A stretch of DNA of 64,000 bases from Cyanophyceae cyanobacterium (GTDB lineage: Bacteria; Cyanobacteriota; Cyanobacteriia; Cyanobacteriales; JBHJGN01): the NCBI GenBank assembly GCA_050331735.1, contig JBHJGN010000011.1:235119-299118 (forward strand), read 5' to 3'. Positions 31,253 to 41,486 of this stretch are shown here, piece by piece. Every line of letters starts with the position of its first letter. Positions within the stretch are counted from its first letter, which is position 1. The notes under the pieces are model-generated. The model was given only the letters and a program-made list of their open reading frames with translations, did not search any database and had not been told where the DNA came from. Made by a program: the position numbers and the translations under genes.

Positions 31253-31944
31253 TATAGGTAGCCGTTTTCTGCTAGAAAAGAGAAATTGATCGCTTCTTGG
31301 GGCTCTTGAGCTGCGTCAGGAAGGCGATCGCTAATCAGCTTATCAACGTATTTCCCTAAAATATCGCCCTCTAAATTGACCAGATCGCCCAGTTTGAGAG
31401 TGTAGAGATTGGTTTCTGCATAGGTGTGCGGGATGACGGCTGCCTTGAACCAGCTACTGTCGGTGGCGCAGGCTGCCACCGTTAAGCTAATACCGTTGAC
31501 GGCGATACTGCCTTTTGGCACCAAATAGCGAGCAATGGTGCGCTGCCACTGTTGGGCGTTCGATGGCGGAGCAGCAAAGGTCATTTCCCAAGCCTGCGCC
31601 GTTTGCAGTAATTCTACTAAGCAGCCAACGCCATCTACATGACCCGTCACAAAATGACCGCCTAGCTTGCTGCCAACCCGCATCGAGGTTTCTAGGTTCA
31701 CAGAGGCCTCCCGGTGGCGCTGCCCTAACGTTGTTCGAGCTAACGTTTCTGGAGAAGCGGTCGCGACAAACCCATCAAGGATTTTTTCTTCCACCGTCAG
31801 ACAAACGCCATCTACCGCTACGCTGTCACCGATGGCTAAATCGGATAAGATAAGGCCAGAGTGACTTCCTGAGAGCGTGATTTTATATTGTTCTTTGCCA
31901 ATGAGTTGAAGGATTCCTAAAGATTGTACTAATCCAGTAAACAC
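31252..31944 (-). CDS. riboflavin synthase (alpha chain)
   Basis: MFTGLV, GDSVAVDGVCLTV, GGHFVTGHVD, KGSIAVNGISLTV. Confidence 0.95.
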   Translation of the reverse strand: MFTGLVQSLGILQLIGKEQYKITLSGSHSGLILSDLAIGDSVAVDGVCLTVEEKILDGFVATASPETLARTTLGQRHREASVNLETSMRVGSKLGGHFVTGHVDGVGCLVELLQTAQAWEMTFAAPPSNAQQWQRTIARYLVPKGSIAVNGISLTVAACATDSSWFKAAVIPHTYAETNLYTLKLGDLVNLEGDILGKYVDKLISDRLPDAAQEPQEAINFSFLAENGYL

Positions 31945-32288
31945 GGTTTTTAGAATGGAAATAGATAATCAAAACAAAATGAATCGTCTGTACGCACTGC
32001 CATTGTAGACATTTTTCGTTTAAGTTGAACTTATTAGTCTTATGCTTGGGCATACTGTGAGAGGACATAATGGCTGAATGAGCGCTGAGGCATAAGCTCA
32101 TGATTGTAGTGATCGAGGCAGTCGGAGAAGCCCGCTCCTTAAAATGGGTGCCGTCGCTCGCGGCGGCTCAATGCGCTGCTGCCCCTTTCCCCCTCCGGCT
32201 TCGACAGTGTACCTTGAGTATTAGCCCAATAAGATCGGAATTGAGTCTGTCTTTATTTAGTGCCAACCGTGTTTTAGAGGCTAAGTCA

Positions 32289-32792
32289 ATGATAGAAATG
32301 AAAGTTGCTGGTATTGCTCTAGATGCCGTTACTAGAAGCCCCATTGTATTACTTAAAGACGGCTCGGAGCGGCGTGCTCTCCCCATCTATATTGGTCAGG
32401 ATCAGGCAAAGTCGATTATTAGTGCTTTAGAAAACCAAAAATCTCCGCGCCCCCTCACCCACGACCTGATCGTAAATTTATTCGATGCCTGGGAGATGGA
32501 CTTAGAGAAAATCATTATCCATTCGCTTCAGGACAATACCTTCTATGCTGTCCTGTCTCTCCAGAGAGGAGAGGTTAAGAAAGAAATTGACTGTCGCCCG
32601 AGCGATGCGATCGCCATTGCCCTTCGTACCGACAGCCCCATTTGGGTATTAGAGGAAGTGGTAGCAGATGCGTCGATTCCGGTTGATAGAGATGCCGATG
32701 AGGAAGAAAGGCAGGCATTCAAAGAGTTTGTGGCTAATCTCCGCCCTGAAGATATTATTCAGCGGGGACGTTCGGGCGGCGGTGATTCATAA
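32289..32792 (+). CDS. bifunctional nuclease family (DUF151) protein
   Basis: LPIYIG, PRPLTHDL, DCRPSDAIAIAL; ATG at 32289 preferred. Confidence 0.9.
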   Translation: MIEMKVAGIALDAVTRSPIVLLKDGSERRALPIYIGQDQAKSIISALENQKSPRPLTHDLIVNLFDAWEMDLEKIIIHSLQDNTFYAVLSLQRGEVKKEIDCRPSDAIAIALRTDSPIWVLEEVVADASIPVDRDADEEERQAFKEFVANLRPEDIIQRGRSGGGDS

Positions 32793-32931
32793 AGTTTTCA
32801 TGGGTGCTGAGACGCTGAGCCATGCGGAGCTCTGACTGGCTATGTTGGGGAGAAGCTCGTCAAGCGTCTTCATGAGGATCGTTGAGAGTGTTGAGCCGTG
32901 GGATGAGAGTAAAGTTTAGAGCGACACAGAC

Positions 32932-34053
32932 ATGCGCTATCGGCGGTTTGGACGAACCAATTTGCAGATATCAGTGTTCTCCTTAGGAACCATGCGCTGC
33001 TTAGCTTCTGAGCTAGAGGCTCAGCAAACAATCGAGCAGGCCGTTGCCCAAGGCATTAATCATTTAGAAACAGCTCAGGGATACGGAAAAAGCGAGCAAT
33101 ACCTCGGCCTAGCTCTGACGCAGTTAGCTGTCCCAAGAGAGCAGCTAATCGTCACCACTAAACTGCCTCCAACGGCTGATGCGGCCTCGATGCGCCGAGG
33201 AATTGCTCAGTCCTTAGAGCGCCTCCAGCTCGACTATCTAGACTGTCTGGCGATTCATGGCCTCAACACCTGGGAGCATCTGGCTTGGATCGCCAAGCCA
33301 AATGGCTGTATGCAGGCCGTACGAGAGGCGATTACCGATGGACAAGTGCATCACGTTGGCTTTTCGACTCACGGAGCTTTAGAGCTCATTCTCGCGGCGA
33401 TCGACACAGAGCTGTTTGAGTTTGTTAATCTTCACTATTATTTATTTTTCCAGCGCCATCAAATCGCCATTGAACGAGCCTTTCAAAGGGACATGGGCAT
33501 ATTTATCATTTCTCCTGCCGACAAAGGAGGTCGTTTGTATACTCCTCCCCCAACGTTAGTGCAGCTCTGCCAGCCGTTTTCTCCTCTGGAGCTGAACACC
33601 CGCTTTTTGTTGAGCGATCGCCGCATCACCACTCTCAGCGTTGGTCCGGCAAACCCCAAGGAACTCGCTGCTCCCCTTGTCGCCAATGACAAGCCGTTGA
33701 CAACCGCAGAAAGCAGCGCTCTCGCTCGCCTAGAGGGTCACCTTCAGCAAACACTTGGGACAGAGCGCTGTAGCCAATGTTATCAGTGCCTGCCCTGTCC
33801 CGAGCAAATTAATATTCCAGAAGTACTGCGGCTGCGGAACTTGGCGGTCGCTTATGATATGACCGATTTTGGCCAATACCGCTACCGCATGTTTGAAAAC
33901 GCTGGTCACTGGTTTTGGGGGCGCAAAGGCGATCGCTGCACTAGCTGCGGTGACTGTTTACCCCGCTGTCCCCAAGGATTAAATATTCCCTCGCTGCTAG
34001 CCGATACTCATCAGCGCCTCAATGGTTCTCCTCGTCGTCGGCTGTGGGAGTAA
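32932..34053 (+). CDS. aldo/keto reductase with C-terminal Fe-S domain
   Basis: MRYRRFGRT, ETAQGYG, GFSTHG; CSQCYQCLPCP and CTSCGDCLPRCP. Confidence 0.88.
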   Translation: MRYRRFGRTNLQISVFSLGTMRCLASELEAQQTIEQAVAQGINHLETAQGYGKSEQYLGLALTQLAVPREQLIVTTKLPPTADAASMRRGIAQSLERLQLDYLDCLAIHGLNTWEHLAWIAKPNGCMQAVREAITDGQVHHVGFSTHGALELILAAIDTELFEFVNLHYYLFFQRHQIAIERAFQRDMGIFIISPADKGGRLYTPPPTLVQLCQPFSPLELNTRFLLSDRRITTLSVGPANPKELAAPLVANDKPLTTAESSALARLEGHLQQTLGTERCSQCYQCLPCPEQINIPEVLRLRNLAVAYDMTDFGQYRYRMFENAGHWFWGRKGDRCTSCGDCLPRCPQGLNIPSLLADTHQRLNGSPRRRLWE

Positions 34054-34116
34054 GCATCAAAAATTAGTCACTTCAAAGCGAGGATGCTGTATGACAACAG
34101 TTTGCAATATTGAGCG

Positions 34117-34590
34117 ATGAGTAAGATAGCTGCTTGGATACCAGTGTTGCTTCTGTTGGCTAACCTTCCTGCCTCGGCTCAGCCTCCCGTGTCGGCTGCT
34201 TGCCGTGCGCCGTTAACGACGAACAACATTTTCAATGAGGAAACTATCAGCGCCACAGGATCAACAATTCCTAGTCTTTGGTGGGCGAAAGCACAGTTCG
34301 ACCCGTTTTCGGGTAAGCTCATTAGTAGCTGGAGAGCGGATCGGCAAGCACGTCGTATCGATCTTGTCGTCAACCGTCAGCTTTGGTCTCTATTAAACTA
34401 CTTAAAACGCTATCGCTTTGTTAACAATTTTGGAACAGTCGCCAGAGATTATCAGTACAATCTGAGAGTTTTTAATCAGCAACAACAGTGCTTAGCTACT
34501 TATACCTGTGATTTTAGTGCTCCTCTTCCCCGCTGTCAAATTGAGTTTACGCCCCTCGAGCGCAACACCTTTCAAGTTGAAGCAGAATAA
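34117..34590 (+). CDS. hypothetical secreted protein
   Basis: Signal peptide; PSLWWA, VNRQLWSLLNY. Confidence 0.7.
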   Translation: MSKIAAWIPVLLLLANLPASAQPPVSAACRAPLTTNNIFNEETISATGSTIPSLWWAKAQFDPFSGKLISSWRADRQARRIDLVVNRQLWSLLNYLKRYRFVNNFGTVARDYQYNLRVFNQQQQCLATYTCDFSAPLPRCQIEFTPLERNTFQVEAE

Positions 34591-34776
34591 AGCGCTGGGG
34601 CAAGATAGAATGTACCGGAAGAATCCTGAGTCAGGAACTCAGTGTTCTGCCAGAGCTGCCTCCGGCAGGCTGAGCGTCATTCACTCTACAATTTCCCCTG
34701 TCCTTTCTACTGCTCGTGTGCAGTTCGCTCAATATAAAGATAGGATCGTTTATTAGAATCTCGTCAAGAACTAACC

Positions 34777-35298
34777 ATGCCTAGAACACAGCGGAACGAT
34801 AATTTTATTGATAAGAGCTTCACCGTCATGGCAGATATGATTTTGAAAGTTCTGCCGACGAACAAGCAGGCCAAAGAAGCTTTTGCGTATTACCGCGATG
34901 GTATGTCTGCTCAAGCAGATGGCGAATACGCCGAGGCTTTAGAAAACTACCAAGAAGCTCTCAAGCTCGAGGAAAATCCGATCGACCGCAGCTTTATTCT
35001 TTACAATACTGGTCTTATCCATGCCAGCAATGGAGAGTACGAGAAAGCGCTGAAGTACTACTTTGAGGCCATCGATCTGAATCCGAAAATGCCACAGGCG
35101 CTCAATAATATTGCCGTGCTGTATCATCATCAAGGGGAGAAGCTAAAAGAGGGTGGCCGTTCAGAAGAAGCAGAAGACCTGTTTGACAAAGCGGCAGAAT
35201 ATTGGAAGCAAGCTATTCGTATTGCCCCAAACAACTACATTGAGGCACAAAACTGGCTCAAAACCACCGGACGCTCCGAAATGGACGTGTATTTCTAG
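34777..35298 (+). CDS. ycf3: photosystem I assembly protein Ycf3
   Basis: [18 protein letters not shown] repeats, [14 protein letters not shown]. Confidence 0.97.
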   Translation: MPRTQRNDNFIDKSFTVMADMILKVLPTNKQAKEAFAYYRDGMSAQADGEYAEALENYQEALKLEENPIDRSFILYNTGLIHASNGEYEKALKYYFEAIDLNPKMPQALNNIAVLYHHQGEKLKEGGRSEEAEDLFDKAAEYWKQAIRIAPNNYIEAQNWLKTTGRSEMDVYF

Positions 35299-35438
35299 CT
35301 GCACTGCTGCCTTTTAGGTATGTGCCAATACTATCGAGGAATAGGCTGACTTGAGCAAATCTTAATGTTCTTGTCAGCCCGAGATCGCTTAATTATTTAC
35401 CGTTGCTTGTCGATCTTTACTAGCTACCAACCGAAACA

Positions 35439-35738
35439 ATGACAATTGACAAAGAGCAAGTGCAAAAAGTAGCCCGTCTCGCTCGCTTAGAACTGACACC
35501 GGAAGAAGAAGAGACTTTTACGACTCAGCTCAGCAGCATTTTAGAGTATTTTGAACAGTTGAGCGAGCTGGATACCGATGATGTCCCGCCCACCTCAAGG
35601 GCCATTGACGTCAGTAACGTCATGCGTCCAGACGAATTACAGCCGGTTACAGAGCGAGAAGCCCTGCTAAACGAAGCGCCAGCAAGAGAAGGCGACTTCT
35701 TCAGAGTCCCGCAAATCCTGAGTTCGGACGAAGACTAA
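35439..35738 (+). CDS. gatC: Asp/Glu-tRNA amidotransferase subunit C
   Basis: VARLARLEL, LDTDDVPPT, FFRVPQI. Confidence 0.93.
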   Translation: MTIDKEQVQKVARLARLELTPEEEETFTTQLSSILEYFEQLSELDTDDVPPTSRAIDVSNVMRPDELQPVTEREALLNEAPAREGDFFRVPQILSSDED

Positions 35739-35814
35739 AATGAGAGGCATCTCAGATTGCAAGAATCCTCAATTCCAATTTTTCTGGGAACAGTTGCGCC
35801 TCGACAAATTATCA

Positions 35815-35841
35815 GTTACATTTGTTTACGTTGTTTACAAA
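35815..35841 (+). promoter_or_regulatory. HLR1 (RpaB-binding) direct repeat upstream of hli
   Basis: GTTACATT-TG-TTTACGTT-G-TTTACAAA, close to the (G/T)TTACA(T/A)(T/A)-N2 repeat consensus. Confidence 0.7.
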
Positions 35842-35864
35842 ACGTAACCACAAGGGGAATGATT

Positions 35865-36026
35865 ATGGAAACCATGAACAAGGAAAACCGTAACGACATC
35901 AAGTTCGGCTTTACTCCTCAAGCCGAGAACTGGAATGGCCGTCTTGCCATGATTGGATTTGCGGCTGCGTTAATCATCGAGTACGTTTCGGGTGAAGGAG
36001 TGCTGCACTTCTGGGGCTTAATGTAG
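35865..36026 (+). CDS. high-light-inducible protein (Hli/Scp)
   Basis: [22 protein letters not shown] motif; start may be 35859, 35865 or 35874. Confidence 0.93.
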   Translation: METMNKENRNDIKFGFTPQAENWNGRLAMIGFAAALIIEYVSGEGVLHFWGLM

Positions 36027-36061
36027 TTCCTTGATTTACAACAACCTCTGTCTTTCTATTT

Positions 36062-36089
36062 AACTGGGTGTTTTCAACCCAGTTTTTTT
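36062..36089 (+). terminator. intrinsic terminator after hli
   Basis: AACTGGGT...ACCCAGTT plus T-run. Confidence 0.75.
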
Positions 36090-36191
36090 CGTGAGAAGCT
36101 GGAGGATGGCGCCAAACATTTAACCGGCTGACTCGTTAACAAGCCGCCCAAACGGCTCCATCCTCGATTTTGGGAGCTTCAAAAGTTGACG

Positions 36192-37310
36192 TTAGCGAAT
36201 GTATTCTTTGAGAATACTGTTTCGGTTAGGATGTCGTAGCTTACGCAGCGCTTTAGCCTCGATTTGGCGAATCCGTTCGCGAGTGACATTAAAGATCTGA
36301 CCAATTTCCTCGAGGGTTTTCATCCGGCCATCGTCTAGGCCGTAGCGCAACCTCAGTACGTCTCGTTCTCTAGGACTTAACGTATCAAGAACGCTTTCGA
36401 GATCCTCTCTGAGCAGATTCTTAGAGACTTCATCTTCAGGCGTTTCGCCATCGGCTTCGATAAAGTCGCCCAAGCGAGAATCTTCTTCCTTGCCAATGGG
36501 AGTTTCTAAAGAGATCGGTAGTTGAGCGGATTTAGCAATAAAGCGCAGTTTCTCGATAGTCATTTCCATGCGCTCAGCAATCTCTTCCTCTGTCGGCTTT
36601 CGCCCCATTTCTTGAGAGAGCACTTTGGTGGTTTTCTTAATGCGAGAAATGGTTTCGTAGAGGTGAACAGGGAGACGAATAGTGCGAGACTGGTCGGCGA
36701 TCGCTCGCGTAATTGCCTGCCGAATCCACCAGGTGGCGTAGGTTGAGAATTTATATCCCTTCTCGTGGTCAAATTTTTCGGCTGCTCGAATCAAGCCAAG
36801 AGAACCTTCCTGAATCAAGTCTTGGAAAGACAAGCCTCGGTTCATATACTTTTTGGCAATTGAGACAACAAGACGAAGATTGGACTGTACCATCTTGTCC
36901 TTGGCACGCCGTCCGACGAAGAGCCGTCTGCGAAAGGCAGGTAGCTCCATCTCCGCTGCCTGCGCCCACTCTAAAGTTTTTGGTTCGCGCCGCAGTTGAT
37001 CGACGAGTCGTTCGCGGGTTCTTTCTAACTCCAGTAAGTCAGCAATCTTGCGGGCTAGTTCAATCTCTTCTTCTGCTCGCAGCAGCCGGATACGACCGAT
37101 CTCTTGAAGATAGATCCGAATTGAATCTTCCGTGTAAAGCTTTTTTTTCCCCGGTTCGCGCCGACGATTTTTCGCTTTTTTACTTTTTTGTCCTGATTCG
37201 GAAGCTGCCGAGTCTAATTCACCTTTGGCAGTTCCTGCTTCGTCAAATAAAACTTCAAACTCATCGGGCGGCTGAGTCATAGTTGCGAGAACTTCGTTAG
37301 CCTGCGTCAT
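36192..37310 (-). CDS. sigA: principal RNA polymerase sigma factor (group 1)
   Basis: [61 protein letters not shown]. Confidence 0.95.
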   Translation of the reverse strand: MTQANEVLATMTQPPDEFEVLFDEAGTAKGELDSAASESGQKSKKAKNRRREPGKKKLYTEDSIRIYLQEIGRIRLLRAEEEIELARKIADLLELERTRERLVDQLRREPKTLEWAQAAEMELPAFRRRLFVGRRAKDKMVQSNLRLVVSIAKKYMNRGLSFQDLIQEGSLGLIRAAEKFDHEKGYKFSTYATWWIRQAITRAIADQSRTIRLPVHLYETISRIKKTTKVLSQEMGRKPTEEEIAERMEMTIEKLRFIAKSAQLPISLETPIGKEEDSRLGDFIEADGETPEDEVSKNLLREDLESVLDTLSPRERDVLRLRYGLDDGRMKTLEEIGQIFNVTRERIRQIEAKALRKLRHPNRNSILKEYIR

Positions 37311-37983
37311 GCCGTTTTCCTCTTGCTCCTTCAGTGCAAACTAAAAGATAGTGTGCCTAAACTAACCAGCTAGGTAAGTTTATCGTGTACGTTTTTTGCT
37401 TACTCAAGAGATCGCTTCCTGATCGGGTAACGCCGAGCCAGCAGCTAAAGCAGTGGCCTAACTTAGTTGACCAGGATAAGAGCGATTCAGGTGCAGTAAA
37501 AAACTTTTTCGATTGTAGCTTTGATTACAGCAAATGGCTGAAGAAATTTAATTACGTCAGTGCATAATGTAATAAATTTTATACTTAACAAGTATCATAC
37601 ATAGATTCAAACTATTTCACTTGCTAACGAAGAGTTTTACGCTCCTCGCGCCTCTTATGCCTCAATCGAGAACAAACGGCCCTGAGTACTAGCCTAGCTA
37701 ATTCAAGCTCTTTAATTCTGAATTATTCACTGTAGGTTAAGTTTAACAATCTTTTCTTGCTGTGCTCTGACACTAACAATTTCTTAACAGATCCAGCCGT
37801 TGAGCGCCATTTTAGTTTAGTAAGCTTTAGTTATTGTAATAGTTATTGGAGTAAGCGATAGTAAAACGGCGCTGATGTAAAGTTTGTGTCAAGCGGAGCC
37901 TGAGCAAAAGTGAATAGTTGAGGGATTTTGCTTGTTTCCTTCTTCCCTGGGCTCTTGACCTGCTTTAATGTCAACCTATTTCC

Positions 37984-38649
37984 CTAGGTTTGCCACATTT
38001 GGGCAACTGTAACCAAGCGGTAATGCCGTGCTAAAAGCTGAGGGATCAGAGCAGCGCAGGTTTGAACCACATCTTGTCCTCCACAAGAACCATCATGTAA
38101 AACGATCAGAGCCCCGTTGTGAAGCTGCGAAAGGACTCGCCGTTGCACAGCCGCAATTCCTGGACGAACCCAATCCTCTGGAACAACGCTCCACATCACT
38201 ATGCGATAGCCTTCAGCACGTAGCTGCCTAAGAATTTGCGGAGTGAATAAACCATTAGGAGGTCTGACATCGCAGACTTGACGGGGAGGAATGTGGCAGG
38301 CTTGAGCAATAGCTGCTTGAGTAGCGAGTAAACTCTGGCTAAGCGCGGCCTGACTCAAAAAGGGGAAAGCTTGATGAGTATATCCATGAAGACCAATCCA
38401 GTGTCCCTGTTGAGCAATTTTTCTTGCTAGGTCCGGGTAGCGACGAACGCGATCGCCCAATAAAAAGAAGGTTCCTCGCACCTGATAGTGGTTGAGTACC
38501 TCTAATAGCGCCGGAGTATATTGAGGGTGGGGACCGTCATCGAAAGTCAGAGCAACCGCTCGTCGGTCTTCAGCACCGCTCCACAGACAGAGAGGAAAAG
38601 CGGGTTTAAGAATACGATATAAAACTGGATATAGAGGAGCAAATTGCAT
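37984..38649 (-). CDS. polysaccharide deacetylase (NodB family)
   Basis: LTFDDGP, HGYTH, RPPNG, VLHDG. Confidence 0.9.
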   Translation of the reverse strand: MQFAPLYPVLYRILKPAFPLCLWSGAEDRRAVALTFDDGPHPQYTPALLEVLNHYQVRGTFFLLGDRVRRYPDLARKIAQQGHWIGLHGYTHQAFPFLSQAALSQSLLATQAAIAQACHIPPRQVCDVRPPNGLFTPQILRQLRAEGYRIVMWSVVPEDWVRPGIAAVQRRVLSQLHNGALIVLHDGSCGGQDVVQTCAALIPQLLARHYRLVTVAQMWQT

Positions 38650-38690
38650 CAGCTTCCCTATCAAATGTAACAACAATACCAATTTACCCA

Positions 38691-39188
38691 ATGCCTTTAT
38701 TCTGTCGTCAGGCAGTCATAGCCGGAGTCATCTTGGGGCTTTATGGCTGTCAGACAGTAACAACCAATCAGTATGAAGCAACGGTCGAGACTACTCTGAC
38801 TTGGCAGGTCAAATACTACCAAGATAGAGATAGAATTCCCCGCCTCGAAACCTTTACCTCTAATACATTAATTAGCCGTAACGGATTAAAGTCACCAGAA
38901 GCCGTCGTTGGTCCTGACGAAAAAGGGCTGTGGTGGCCTGCTGTTCCCCCCCGACCCACCCCTGAGCAAATAGAACAGCGCCAGGAGCCAGGAGAGGAGA
39001 TAGACCGACCAGAACTGCGGCGAACAGCAGACTATCGGATCAGCTATCGCCAAGGAGACCAACAGGTGACTTTCCCGACGAATTACGAAGTCTACCGTCA
39101 GGTAGCAAGAGCCTATCCTGAACGTCAACCATTGCAGCTTACTATGGGAATCAACGAGCGCTCGGTCACCAAAGCAGAAGTGCCCTAG
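38691..39188 (+). CDS. hypothetical lipoprotein
   Basis: Hydrophobic N-terminus with lipobox-like LYGC. Confidence 0.7.
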   Translation: MPLFCRQAVIAGVILGLYGCQTVTTNQYEATVETTLTWQVKYYQDRDRIPRLETFTSNTLISRNGLKSPEAVVGPDEKGLWWPAVPPRPTPEQIEQRQEPGEEIDRPELRRTADYRISYRQGDQQVTFPTNYEVYRQVARAYPERQPLQLTMGINERSVTKAEVP

Positions 39189-39321
39189 GCGCTGGGCAAA
39201 GGGGAAAGGGCAAACAGCGACTAGTGACCGAACCAACTAGCTGGGATCACTGTCAAGTCTCTCCCTTTCCTCCTTCCCCTTTGCCCGTTACGCAGCAACT
39301 ATTTTCCCGTCGCGGAGCGAC
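39180..39321. repeat. composite STRR-like/mini-hairpin repeat, copy D
   Basis: GGGCAAAGGGGAA...TTCCCCTTTGCCC arms; hairpins at 39180, 39287 and 39309. Confidence 0.75.
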
Positions 39322-39327
39322 AGATTC

Positions 39328-39975
39328 TTAATGCCGATTAATCGCTGTTCCGAGTAAACAGGTTTTTTCTAAAATTGCGCCCTCTAAATTGGCTCCTTCT
39401 AGCTCAGCACACAGGAGGTTAGCTCCTGTCAGGTTAGCCCCCGATAGGGTCGCTCCTCTCAAATCCGCTTCCTCTAGGTTGGATTCGCTTAAGCTCGCTC
39501 CCTGCAAATCTGCCTGAGCGAGATTCGCTCCTTTTAAGTTAGCGCTATTTAAGTTGGCTCCTCGGAGATCGGCTCCTCGGAGATCGACTCCCTGAAGGTT
39601 AACGCTGGTCAAATTAGCGCCACTCAAGAAGGCTCCGGCTAGCGATGCCTGACTCAACTTGGCGCCCATCAAGTTGGCGCCCCGCAAATTACTGCCCCGC
39701 AGGTCGGCTTCTCTTAAATCGGCCTGCATTAGGTTAGCCCCAAGAAAATTGGCTCGCAGATCGCTTGCTCTTAGTTCAGCACCGAGCAAATTGGCTCCAT
39801 CTAAACGAGCGCCCTGTAAACAAGAGTGGGTTAGAGTAACTCCGACTAAATTGGCTCCTGCCAGATTAGCTCGCTCAAGCTGAGCTTCAGAAAGATCTTC
39901 ATCCTGTAGTTCTACACCTGCTAATTGCTTTTTTTTGCCAGCGCGAATTGCTTCTATCATTCCTCCTGCCTGCAC
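39328..39975 (-). CDS. pentapeptide repeat protein
   Basis: Continuous A(N/D)LxG repeats. Confidence 0.93.
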   Translation of the reverse strand: MQAGGMIEAIRAGKKKQLAGVELQDEDLSEAQLERANLAGANLVGVTLTHSCLQGARLDGANLLGAELRASDLRANFLGANLMQADLREADLRGSNLRGANLMGAKLSQASLAGAFLSGANLTSVNLQGVDLRGADLRGANLNSANLKGANLAQADLQGASLSESNLEEADLRGATLSGANLTGANLLCAELEGANLEGAILEKTCLLGTAINRH

Positions 39976-39985
39976 CTCTTTAAAT

Positions 39986-41371
39986 TTATACAGTGGCGTT
40001 TGCCCCAGGAACGGGAGCTGCCTCTACTAACCACATTCCGGCGGTGATCTTAGGCTGCTGCACCTCCAAATTCATTCCTTGCTGCATACCCATAACTAGG
40101 ACTCCCATCGCTTCTACCAGTTTGGGATCAAAGGCAAGACTCGCTTGTTCTTGGCAGTTGGCCAAGGCCTGAGATAACGCTTCTTCTCGACTAATGCCGT
40201 TGTCTTGCCCGTGGGTACGAATTCGATTAACCTGCTCCTGGAAGAAAACCGCGATCCCTAAAATTCTTGACTCTAGGGGAATCGCGTCGTAACCGATCCC
40301 ACCAGGAAATCCCGTACCGTCCCAACGCTCGGTCTGGTGAGTGATAATTTCGGCGATCGCCCGCATCCGAGGCATGACGCGCAGCGCCTGCACCCCCGGG
40401 ACAAGCTGACAGTGAGGCGCGGCATCGTCGTTCTTTGAAGCGACGGTTCCTCCTAAAGAGGGGACTAAGCGATGAAGCAGACTCGCTAGCCGCAGGCGCT
40501 TTTGCTGCCAGGCTGGTAAATCGAGGAGCTGGGCCATCATTTCCGTTAGGGCCGCAACTTCCGCCGCTGCCCTGGGATTCTTGACATCTGCTCGATCAAT
40601 TAACTGGGCCATGCGTAAAAACGCCTGCGTTTCGTTAGATAACAGATTATCGTCTAACGCTGAGGAGTTGGGCAAATAGGAGACCGACTCCGGTTCTTGC
40701 AGTTGAGAGAGCTGTTCCTGGCTCGATTGCAGATACTCAACCACCTGAGACACCACGGAGCCCAAACTTTCTTGCTGGTGCCCCTGCATCTCGGTCGCGA
40801 TCATCTCTAGCTTGGTCGTGAGCTGGTTAGCTAATTCTAAATCGTACTCGCGGATGTGGGCGATCGCCAGCTCAACGGTTTCTTTGACTAAATCGGGTTC
40901 AAAGGTCCAAAACCCATAGAATTTTCGCTCGATGTCATTTTCGGGCTGACCGCTGCTGCCGTAGTCTGCTGCCGATAGCTCCTGACACAGCACCATTGCG
41001 CTGTAGGTGGACGACAGAATCATCAGGTGCCACTCCTGCGCTACTGGATCTTCTGGCCTCAAACTCACGAGATCCACATTGGCACGGTTACTGGTCGGGT
41101 GAGCTTGAAATCCTGTATCCGGAGATGCCATAATCACGACGTGATCGGCCTTATCCGCCAAATCTCCGTAGCGTTCTGCCTCTTGCAAATACCACTTCCC
41201 TCGCTGAAAGGCAGTCACCATCACCGGTGCGCTTTCCGCCTGTAAAATAAAGTCTTCTAGGGCGTGGCACAGGGCCACGAGGGTATTTTTGTAGTAAACT
41301 CCCAGATTGAGAGGACGGTTGCTATCTTTATGGGCTTCATCTAGCTTTTGTAAAATTGAGCCTTCTAGCAT
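39986..41371 (-). CDS. DICT sensory domain plus degenerate HD-GYP domain protein
   Basis: YYKNTLVALCHALED, EWHLMIL, FYGFWTF (DICT); LHRL, HQTERWDGTGFP, IPLESRI. Confidence 0.82.
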   Translation of the reverse strand: MLEGSILQKLDEAHKDSNRPLNLGVYYKNTLVALCHALEDFILQAESAPVMVTAFQRGKWYLQEAERYGDLADKADHVVIMASPDTGFQAHPTSNRANVDLVSLRPEDPVAQEWHLMILSSTYSAMVLCQELSAADYGSSGQPENDIERKFYGFWTFEPDLVKETVELAIAHIREYDLELANQLTTKLEMIATEMQGHQQESLGSVVSQVVEYLQSSQEQLSQLQEPESVSYLPNSSALDDNLLSNETQAFLRMAQLIDRADVKNPRAAAEVAALTEMMAQLLDLPAWQQKRLRLASLLHRLVPSLGGTVASKNDDAAPHCQLVPGVQALRVMPRMRAIAEIITHQTERWDGTGFPGGIGYDAIPLESRILGIAVFFQEQVNRIRTHGQDNGISREEALSQALANCQEQASLAFDPKLVEAMGVLVMGMQQGMNLEVQQPKITAGMWLVEAAPVPGANATV

Positions 41372-41486
41372 TTTAAAAATTGAGATGAACTTTTATAAAA
41401 ACTGATTGAGTATTGAGCGGGGAAAATTGAGGTGAAGCCTAATCAAAACAGCTTCATCCTCCATCTTCTCATTTGTTTCAAGAAAT

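Noticed and set aside
36713..37282. Long antisense ORFs over sigA, thiO, flv3 and the radical SAM gene
   Set aside because: Shadow frames of well-supported genes, with no motifs
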